A DNA stretch of 64,000 bases from the NCBI GenBank assembly GCA_038843545.1, contig JAWBRY010000001.1, positions 19 to 64,018 on the forward strand, given 5' to 3'. The notes below the pieces were generated by a model. It saw only the letters and a list, made by a program, of their open reading frames with translations, searched no databases and was not told the DNA's origin. Source of the stretch: Candidatus Bathyarchaeia archaeon. GTDB lineage: Archaea; Thermoproteota; Bathyarchaeia; Bathyarchaeales; Bathycorpusculaceae. Of the stretch, positions 27,233-34,006 are shown piece by piece; the stretch's first letter is position 1; each line of letters opens with the position of its first letter. Both the position numbers and the translations under genes were made by a program.

Positions 27233-27657
27233 GCTAATGTTTTCTGCTTTACAATTATTTGTGAAAGATTTGGAGAAACCTTGTATTTTATGCGGTTGGA
27301 AGAACCGGACTTTACTAGCAAACCCCTACTCACCATCCTTGAAAGGTAGGTTGCAACTGTGCTCAAGCTTATCGGTTGTTTAAATTCCTGCTCATAGACA
27401 ACTTGAACATCCTTTGACGAAAACCAAATAACAGGAAAATGCCGTTGAATTATAGCTAATATTTTATCATATTTTGAAGAATCATTTACGAAATTCGCAG
27501 ACAAGCCCGCTTCCGGGTTGCTGCTCACACCACCCAACAGTTCCACAAGGTCAAGCAAACGTAAAGCCTTCTCACGAGTGATGTTGCCTTCAAACGCTAT
27601 GCTATATTTATTGCCCTCACCATCGAATACTTCAATTCGCATCTTCCTAGCGGGCAT
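27229..27657 (-). CDS. Hypothetical protein with a C-terminal winged-helix-like segment
   Basis: 142 aa. The C-terminal ..ISLSTVATYLSRMVSRGLLVKSGSSNRIKYKV.. looks like a wHTH recognition helix plus wing. The N-terminal domain is unrecognised. The gene is transcribed away from the origin. Confidence 0.5.
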   Translation of the reverse strand: MPARKMRIEVFDGEGNKYSIAFEGNITREKALRLLDLVELLGGVSSNPEAGLSANFVNDSSKYDKILAIIQRHFPVIWFSSKDVQVVYEQEFKQPISLSTVATYLSRMVSRGLLVKSGSSNRIKYKVSPNLSQIIVKQKTLA

Positions 27658-27850
27658 TTACCTTAAGACACCTTGCTTCTTCATAAGTGTGCTTCACAAG
27701 TTATAGCTGTTGCGGTGAGAACCGTAAAAATGTGAAGTGTAATTACATGGTGAAAAAAGGAGAGGAGCAAAATTTGCAACGATTCTATTTCGCAAAGTTC
27801 ACAAAAATCCTTCCAAGCGAAAAAATAAAAAAAGTAAGAGTAGTTTACAA

Positions 27851-27874
27851 TTTCCAAAGGAAAAAAGGGGTGCC
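27851..27874 (+). promoter_or_regulatory. Origin recognition box (ORB) 1
   Basis: TTTCCAAAGGAAAAAAGGGGTGCC: a dyad-like TTCCA..GGAA followed by a G-string. Confidence 0.6.
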
Positions 27875-28070
27875 TTTTTCACAGTAAATAAACCAAAATT
27901 ATGTAAAATTGAAAGAGAAAAAGATTTTAAAAGGCCATAATTAAGTAAAGTTCACAAGGACTTCACAGCAAGTGAATAGTAATTTGTCCTCACTTTTTCG
28001 TTAGGATTGATTAACTGTTTGCGTTAATGATTGTTGTTAATTTGCAAAAATATTCTTTTTGTTAATAAGA

Positions 28071-28094
28071 GACACCCCTCATTTCCAGTGGAAA
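28071..28094 (-). promoter_or_regulatory. Origin recognition box (ORB) 2
   Basis: The plus strand reads GACACCCCTCATTTCCAGTGGAAA and its reverse complement is TTTCCACTGGAAATGAGGGGTGTC. It has a perfect TTCCAGTGGAA dyad plus a GGGGTGTC G-string. Confidence 0.75.
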
Positions 28095-28267
28095 TGCTGT
28101 AAACATTGTATTTTGTATCAAAGTTGTGGGCCCTGTCATGTTTTAACTCTATTTGTGATTTGTTCATATTTTTTTACAAGAAGTCTTTTAATTTCACAAA
28201 GCTTCTTACCTTTCAGAGTATATTCTTCTTCTCAAAGAATCAATAATTAATTTTTCTTCTTTCAGAG
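28095..28267. other. AT-rich candidate duplex unwinding element
   Basis: This stretch lies between inverted ORB2 and ORB3 and is visibly AT-rich (for example CATATTTTTTTACAAG and CAATAATTAATTTTTCTTC). Confidence 0.5.
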
Positions 28268-28292
28268 TTTCCAGTAGAAGTGGTGGGGTGTC
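28268..28292 (+). promoter_or_regulatory. Origin recognition box (ORB) 3
   Basis: TTTCCAGTAGAAGTGGTGGGGTGTC. It shares TTTCCA..GAA and the terminal GGGGTGTC with ORB2 and is inverted relative to it. Confidence 0.7.
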
Positions 28293-28418
28293 TGTTGTGG
28301 TTTACGTGAGAAATTTTGCGTTCCTTACGTTTTTCTGTTAAAGGTTCACTTTATTGTATAGCATACCTTATTTTGCCCGGACTTAGTGAAAAGACTTGTC
28401 CCTTAAAGGAGGGGAAGG

Positions 28419-29669
28419 TTGATGAACAACGCAAATGTGCTTGACGAGGTGTTTAATAGGGTCTTTAATAATGCCAGTATTTTTAGAGATAGGGAAGTTC
28501 TTCGTCACGACTATTTGCCTGAAAGGTTGCCTCATCGTGAGGAGCAAATAAAACGTGTTGGGGAAATTGTGGCGCCTGTCTTGAGGGGGGAGAGATGCTC
28601 CAATATCTTTATTTATGGAAAGACTGGGACTGGTAAAACTGCAGTCACCAAATATGTTTTAACAAGGTTGGAGGCGAAGGCTAGAGAGGTTGGCTCTCCT
28701 GTGAGTTTTTGTTATGTTAACTGCCGTTTGGCTGGTACAGAATATCGTGTTCTGGCGACTCTTTGTGGTGGCTTACAGCTTTCAGTTCCGTTCACCGGGC
28801 TTTCTGTTGGTGAAGTATTTGAGAGGTTTAAAAGGGGTTTGGACGCGTCGAAGAGAATGATGATCATCGCCTTTGATGAGGTGGATGCTCTGGTTAAATT
28901 GCGGGGTGATACTCTTTTATATGAGCTTACGAGGATTAATGAGTCCTTGGCGAAAAGTAAAGTAGCACTCATTGGTATTTCTAACGATCTACGCTTGAAG
29001 GAGTACCTTGACCCAAGGGTTTTTAGTTCCTTAAGCGAGGAAGAAATTGTCTTTAGACCGTACGACGCAAGTGAGCTGAGAAATATTCTAGCTGAGCGGG
29101 CGCAAATGGCGTTTCGGGAAGGTGTTTTAAGTGATGGCGCTTTAAGCCTTTGTGCAGCTTTAGCTGCGGCTGAGCATGGGGATGCGCGTAGGGCTTTAGA
29201 TTTGCTTCGAGTTGCCGGCGAGGTTGCGGAACGGAAAGGTGCAAGCATGGTTACTGAGGAACATGTGCGGGAGGCTGAAAAACTTATAGAGCATAACCGT
29301 GTTGTTGAAGCTGTGGCTAATCTCACGTTGCACTCTAAACTAGTTATGTTAAGTGTGCTTCACCTTGTCAGGGCTAACGGTTATAAGGCCATTACAGGCG
29401 AAATATACGAGGTTTACACTGAGCTTTGCGGCGAATTAGGCATCACTCCCCTAACCCAGCGAAGGGTCAGCACCCTTGTCAATGAGCTTGATGCATTGGG
29501 GCTGATTAATGCGCAAGTCACCAGCATGGGGAGGTATGGAAGGACCAAAAAAATCCGCCTTGAAGTGACACGCACCCTTATTAAAGAGGCCTTTTCAAGC
29601 GACTCCAGACTCGGGCGGTTGATTGAGTATGAACCCCGTTGCCTTCAAAATATGCGCGCAAGAAGTTAG
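28419..29669 (+). CDS. cdc6: Orc1/Cdc6 replication initiator
   Basis: 416 aa. It starts ..LRHDYLPERLPHREEQI... Walker A is IYGKTGTGKT, Walker B is IIAFDEVD, sensor motifs are present, and the C-terminus has a winged helix. A GGAGGGG SD precedes the TTG/ATG at 28419/28422. Confidence 0.95.
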   Translation: MMNNANVLDEVFNRVFNNASIFRDREVLRHDYLPERLPHREEQIKRVGEIVAPVLRGERCSNIFIYGKTGTGKTAVTKYVLTRLEAKAREVGSPVSFCYVNCRLAGTEYRVLATLCGGLQLSVPFTGLSVGEVFERFKRGLDASKRMMIIAFDEVDALVKLRGDTLLYELTRINESLAKSKVALIGISNDLRLKEYLDPRVFSSLSEEEIVFRPYDASELRNILAERAQMAFREGVLSDGALSLCAALAAAEHGDARRALDLLRVAGEVAERKGASMVTEEHVREAEKLIEHNRVVEAVANLTLHSKLVMLSVLHLVRANGYKAITGEIYEVYTELCGELGITPLTQRRVSTLVNELDALGLINAQVTSMGRYGRTKKIRLEVTRTLIKEAFSSDSRLGRLIEYEPRCLQNMRARS

Positions 29670-29688
29670 TGTAGGCTGGTATGTAGGT

Positions 29689-31266
29689 TTAGGCGAAGGA
29701 AAGAACTTTAACCTCGAAGGTTTGCAGGTTTACTATGGGAACCAAGCTTGTTGTTGGAGTAAGGCCCATTCGCTTCATATACTCTGTTTGTTCCTGCCAA
29801 CACCCGGAGTTAACAACTAGAACACCACGATAATTGGTATAGCCGAGGGTGTGAATATGGCCTGCGTGAAATATGTCGGGGACACGTTCTATAACCAGAT
29901 GATCCTTGGGTTCCGGGGACAGTGGATTTTTCCCACCATAAACAGGTGCCAAGTGGCGGCATTGTAAAAGCAAGGTCATAGCCTTTTCCGGATAGGTGTA
30001 TTCCATCCCTTGAATTGTAGAAACAATGTCGTCAAGGCTTCTTCCATGATAGAGGAGAACCTCAACTTTGTGAAGGCTTATTGTACAAGGGTTCCCGAAT
30101 GAGTAAACCTTTCTCGCTTCTTGCAAGGGTTCAAGGAAGGCTTCTGGAATTGGCGGTTGGGGCGACGCCTTCCTTGAGGCATCGTGGTTTCCAGGAATTA
30201 TAATTACTTCTATGTAATCGGGAATTTGTTCTATGAATTTTGCTGCAAGTTTATACTGCCCGCAAACATCTTTAATAGCCAACTCTTTTACTTGGTTTGG
30301 GTAAACTCCTATTCCATCCACAATGTCCCCGGCTATCAAAACATACTTTACATGGCTTGCTATCTCTCGCATTTCTTCATTTCCGTATTTGCCGTTAAGC
30401 CACAAAACAAACCTATTGAAAGCCTCCTTTTGGAATTTTAAACTCCCAACATGCAAATCTGAGGTGAGAACAGCATATATGGGGAACGGCGCCTTGTTTT
30501 GAGCTTTCGGGGCTATGTCGGGAAAAATAATATCTTCAACAATTAACAGATCTCCTCGAGTTTTCGTGACACCTAAGCAGACAACCTGATCTAACAATAA
30601 AGTTCTCGCCTTATCTAGAAGTGTGCTTGGCGCGTTTTGCGGGACAAGCACCGTGACGCTTGCAGATAAGTCTTCAACTGTTAAAAGGATTCTCTGCTTG
30701 GTTTCCCTCTTCTCAGTGATCATGCCGATTATTTTGAGCTTTGTGTTTGGTGGAGCTTTCAAAGCGTCAATTACGGATGAGGCAGCATCTCTAGCGTCCA
30801 TTCTTTGTCTGAGTAGCTTTTCCATTCGCTTAAACCGGTCTCGGAAATATTCCAGATAATCTTCCACGGTTCCGCCTGAACCCAGCTTACTACCGGGATC
30901 ATTAATTATATCGATGGCGGCTTCTATTTCCTTTGCATATGGGCGGAAGGCTTTCTTCCCCTCTAACTGGGCTGGTGTTGGAGGCACAAAAGGCTCTAGT
31001 GAAGGTTGGGGGAAAGCTTCTTTTGCGGATTCTGGTTTTTCAATTAATTCTTCAAGGAATTTTCTTCCAATGAAAAGTGGCTTATTCCCTATGGTTTCAA
31101 TTTTTTTCAAGGCCTTGCTTATAACTTCCACAGGATCCTCCGTTGCGGCGATCATGCTTAGAAATTCAAAAGCATCTTTGTTAAGCTGGTATCCTGACGC
31201 TATTGTTAATTCGACAGCCTTTTGCAACCTTTCAGATGGGGTGTTCATATCTCTATTTCCCGCCAA
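29689..31266 (-). CDS. polB: DNA polymerase II (PolD) small subunit DP1 (Mre11-like 3'-5' exonuclease)
   Basis: 525 aa. Calcineurin-like phosphoesterase motifs are present: SDLHVGS, GDIVDG, GNHD and HAGHIH. The likely ATG at 31248 overlaps the upstream gene's stop (ATGA). Confidence 0.9.
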   Translation of the reverse strand: MAGNRDMNTPSERLQKAVELTIASGYQLNKDAFEFLSMIAATEDPVEVISKALKKIETIGNKPLFIGRKFLEELIEKPESAKEAFPQPSLEPFVPPTPAQLEGKKAFRPYAKEIEAAIDIINDPGSKLGSGGTVEDYLEYFRDRFKRMEKLLRQRMDARDAASSVIDALKAPPNTKLKIIGMITEKRETKQRILLTVEDLSASVTVLVPQNAPSTLLDKARTLLLDQVVCLGVTKTRGDLLIVEDIIFPDIAPKAQNKAPFPIYAVLTSDLHVGSLKFQKEAFNRFVLWLNGKYGNEEMREIASHVKYVLIAGDIVDGIGVYPNQVKELAIKDVCGQYKLAAKFIEQIPDYIEVIIIPGNHDASRKASPQPPIPEAFLEPLQEARKVYSFGNPCTISLHKVEVLLYHGRSLDDIVSTIQGMEYTYPEKAMTLLLQCRHLAPVYGGKNPLSPEPKDHLVIERVPDIFHAGHIHTLGYTNYRGVLVVNSGCWQEQTEYMKRMGLTPTTSLVPIVNLQTFEVKVLSFA

Positions 31267-31841
31267 TTCGCTTTTTTAGGGACTATGATGAAACCTTCTT
31301 CGCAGTCACCTACAGCCTCCGTTAAGCCCAGCATGTGGAGATGCGCTGTTAATGCGGCGGTTATGGCGTCTATCTCATGGGGTGTCAACGTATGGTCTTC
31401 TGGAATTCCCTCCACACCAAGTCTTCTAAATATTGCTTGTATAGCCTTCCAGTCCTTTGCCGGCATTTTTAACGCCTTTCTCGTCGATGTTGGATGAACC
31501 TCGATTGCTTTTATCCCCATTTCTGTTATTAACTTGTTCAACTCAGAAGCGCGGAGTGTTAAGGTTTTCATGGCTCGTAAGCCTGGGGGAAAGACGCGAT
31601 AACCTTTTTTGATGAGGGCCCTGTCCGCTTTTCGCAAGATCCCGTTTTTCGGGAGGCTGAGGGGGGCGTCTATTGCTACGATTGTTGGCTTAACATGCAG
31701 CAGTATTTTAAGAATTTCACTGTTTTTGTAAACTAAACAGGTTTCAACTCTTTTATTTCTCCAAATGGTAATGCCTGTGGGGTTTGTCTCTTTGCCTGCT
31801 AGGTCTATACCGATTATAATTTTATCCTTCAATCTCAACAC
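31245..31841 (-). CDS. Predicted RNase H-fold nuclease (DUF429-like), co-transcribed with DP1
   Basis: 198 aa. The N-terminal ..IIIGIDLAGKETNPTGITIW.., then ..IVAIDAPLSLP.. and the C-terminal ..HEIDAITAALTAHL.. fit the acidic-residue pattern of DUF429/RNase H-like proteins. From memory only. Confidence 0.5.
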   Translation of the reverse strand: MLRLKDKIIIGIDLAGKETNPTGITIWRNKRVETCLVYKNSEILKILLHVKPTIVAIDAPLSLPKNGILRKADRALIKKGYRVFPPGLRAMKTLTLRASELNKLITEMGIKAIEVHPTSTRKALKMPAKDWKAIQAIFRRLGVEGIPEDHTLTPHEIDAITAALTAHLHMLGLTEAVGDCEEGFIIVPKKANWREIEI

Positions 31842-31916
31842 TTACTACCAAGTTTATATAGTTTGTTCCATTTTAAGTTTCTTTGTGTTGCTTTAAGCAT
31901 GTAGATTGGTGGTGGG

Positions 31917-32906
31917 ATGGATATCCTTAGGAAGCTTCAACGGACTCCTAGTGGAACTTTTTTCGTGTGTTTGCCAAAGGATTGGGCTGAACGTTATGGT
32001 TTGAAGCGGGGCTCAGTGGTAGCCGTCAGCGAGACAAGCGATGGCAAACTTCTCATAGACCCCGAGTACGGTGCGGTTCCTTCCCCTCGCATCATTGTTT
32101 TGAAGCCTGGGCCTTATTTGAGCCGTGAGATTATTGGGAAATATCTTCTGGGCTTCGACATTATTCGTGTGGAGGCGAAGGAGAATATTAGCTTTGAGAT
32201 GCGGGAGATCGTCAAGAAGACAGCTAGCCGTCTAGTTGGGTTGGAGATTGTTGAAGAGGATTATTCAAAGATTGTTTTACAGTGTCTACTTGAACCGTCC
32301 AGCTTTCCACCGGAGAAGATCCTTAGGAGAGGTTATTCCATTGCGGCCGGCATGCATAGGGATGTTGTTAATGCTTTGGTTAATGGCGATGTTCATATGG
32401 CTAGGAGCGTAATTGTTAGGGATGAAGAGGTCAATAGGTTGTACTTTCTTCTCGTCAGAATTTTGAGAACCATAATTCAAAATCCGAGTTTGGGTGAAAA
32501 GCTTGGTGTTCAGCCTATCGAATGCTTAGACTATCGATTAGCAGCCAGTCTTGTTGAGACCATTGGGGACGAATGTGCGCGGGCAGGTTTTAAGGTGGTG
32601 GAATTAAAGGGATTAAAGCTGACAGAACCCTTTAGAAAAATGGTGGTCGACTTTCATTCGCTACTTTTTGAGGCCCATGAAAACGCCTTAAAAGCGTTCT
32701 TTGAAGGGGATGTCGCCCTAGCTGAGGAAGTGCGGGGCTTGAGGGAGAGGGTTGAAAAAGCCTTGGCAACTGTTGAGAAAAATGCTAAAGAGCAAAGTGT
32801 AGAGGCGATGCCCCACATTCTGGCGGCTGTCTCAACGTTGTCTCAGATTTATGAACACAGCGTGGACATAGCGGACTTAGTTATGCCCAAAAAACTACAG
32901 GCTTGA
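31917..32906 (+). CDS. AbrB/SpoVT-domain plus PhoU-repeat regulator (archaeal PhoU homologue)
   Basis: 329 aa. The N-terminus is an AbrB-like swapped hairpin (..SGTFFVCLPKDWAERYGLKRGSVVAV..), followed by two helical PhoU-like repeats. Confidence 0.7.
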   Translation: MDILRKLQRTPSGTFFVCLPKDWAERYGLKRGSVVAVSETSDGKLLIDPEYGAVPSPRIIVLKPGPYLSREIIGKYLLGFDIIRVEAKENISFEMREIVKKTASRLVGLEIVEEDYSKIVLQCLLEPSSFPPEKILRRGYSIAAGMHRDVVNALVNGDVHMARSVIVRDEEVNRLYFLLVRILRTIIQNPSLGEKLGVQPIECLDYRLAASLVETIGDECARAGFKVVELKGLKLTEPFRKMVVDFHSLLFEAHENALKAFFEGDVALAEEVRGLRERVEKALATVEKNAKEQSVEAMPHILAAVSTLSQIYEHSVDIADLVMPKKLQA

Positions 32907-32915
32907 GGTGAAGGG

Positions 32916-33677
32916 ATGCATCCAAGAGGCGCCAGCGAAAGACAATATCACATTGCCTGTGGAAGGGGAGACTTGGCCGGATATTTGCTTGTTCCCGGAG
33001 ACCCGGATCGAGTTCCGAAGATAGCGAAGTTCTGGGACTATGCAAGGGAGGTTTCATGTCACCGTGAGTTTAGAAGCATGACCGGCGCCTACAAAAAGGC
33101 TCCAATTTCCGCTTTGTCCAGCGGGATTGGTCCAGCATGCATGGCAATTGTGGTTAATGAGGCTTCAGCTGTAGGTGTTCACACTTTCATACGGGTGGGC
33201 AGTTCTGGGGCTATACAGGAAGGCATCAAATGTGGTGACTTGATTATCCCCGCCGCGGCTGTGCGCCTTGACGGCACAAGCAACTGCTACATAATGCCGG
33301 AGTATCCGGCAGTGGCCAGCCATGAGGTTTTAATAGCGCTTATTGAGGCCGCTGAAACTTTGGGCATAACCAATCATCATGTTGGTATAATCGCAACAAC
33401 ATCAGACTTTTATGCTGGCCAAAATCGCCCTACAGTGGTTGGGACAAGCAGTGTTCTGCCGACTTTGCAGAGGGCAAGGGTACTTGGCTTTGAAATGGAA
33501 GCCGCCACCCTTTTCACTCTGGCAAGTCTATACGGCTTAAGGGCGGGGGCCGTATGCGCTGTGTACGCTAACCGTTACACGGGAGAGTTTAAACCAGGCG
33601 AGGGTGAAGAAAACGCAATCAAAGTTGCTAATGAGGCTGTGAAAATATTGCATGAATGGGATGAAAGGAAACTGTGA
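32916..33677 (+). CDS. Nucleoside phosphorylase, PNP/UDP family 1 (uridine phosphorylase-like)
   Basis: 253 aa. Motifs: ..LVPGDPDRV.., ..FIRVGSSGA.. and ..GFEMEAATLF... Confidence 0.8.
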   Translation: MHPRGASERQYHIACGRGDLAGYLLVPGDPDRVPKIAKFWDYAREVSCHREFRSMTGAYKKAPISALSSGIGPACMAIVVNEASAVGVHTFIRVGSSGAIQEGIKCGDLIIPAAAVRLDGTSNCYIMPEYPAVASHEVLIALIEAAETLGITNHHVGIIATTSDFYAGQNRPTVVGTSSVLPTLQRARVLGFEMEAATLFTLASLYGLRAGAVCAVYANRYTGEFKPGEGEENAIKVANEAVKILHEWDERKL

Positions 33678-33753
33678 GAGGCAAAAGGTGGCTTTATCCA
33701 TCGTTTCTTGCAACATAATCTTTAGAAGCAGCCGCGCTCACAATAAGCTGGGG

Positions 33754-33869
33754 GCCGGGGTGGCGGAGCGGTTAACGCGCTGGCCTCGAGATCTAATCCG
33801 CGAAAATAGAGGGCTGGAGAGCCAGTGGGCCCTTGGCCCGCAGGGGTTCAAATCCCCTCCCCGGCGCCA
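33754..33869 (+). tRNA. tRNA-Ser(CGA) with a 29-nt canonical-position intron and encoded CCA
   Basis: Folded by hand.
- Acceptor stem: GCCGGGG/CCCCGGC.
- D arm: GCG-GAGCGGTTAA-CGC.
- Anticodon stem: CTGGC/GCCAG, with loop CT-CGA-G|A.
- Intron: 33791-33819, between positions 37 and 38.
- Variable arm: long (GGGCC-CTT-GGCCC).
- T arm: AGGGG-TTCAAAT-CCCCT.
- 3' end: discriminator G, then CCA. Confidence 0.85.
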
Positions 33870-34006
33870 ATTTATGTTAGTGTGGTCATATTTGTGGCTG
33901 TTCGGCTTTAACAAATACGCTACCCCCTATAGTTTTTGCAGTAGATTTATATGGATGGGGCTCAATTTCAGTCGGTTTGTAAAAGAGGGATGCCGAGGTT
34001 TCAATT

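Larger units (their letters stand above)
27693..28198 (+). repeat. Array of six same-orientation TTCACA hexamers across the origin region
   Basis: TTCACA occurs at 27693, 27798, 27878, 27951, 27962 and 28193, all on the plus strand. One inverted copy (TGTGAA) is at 27731. The 11-mer AAAGTTCACAA occurs twice (27794-27804 and 27947-27957). Confidence 0.4.
27851..28292. other. Chromosomal replication origin (oriC) core
   Basis: Three ORB-type boxes and an AT-rich stretch lie inside the largest non-coding gap of the window (27658-28418), directly upstream of orc1/cdc6. Confidence 0.75.

Noticed and set aside
27687-27887. 66-aa ORF inside the origin gap.
   Set aside because: It overlaps ORB1 and several TTCACA repeats. 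Its composition is AT-driven and Lys-rich, and it has no SD or homology. The region is better explained as oriC.
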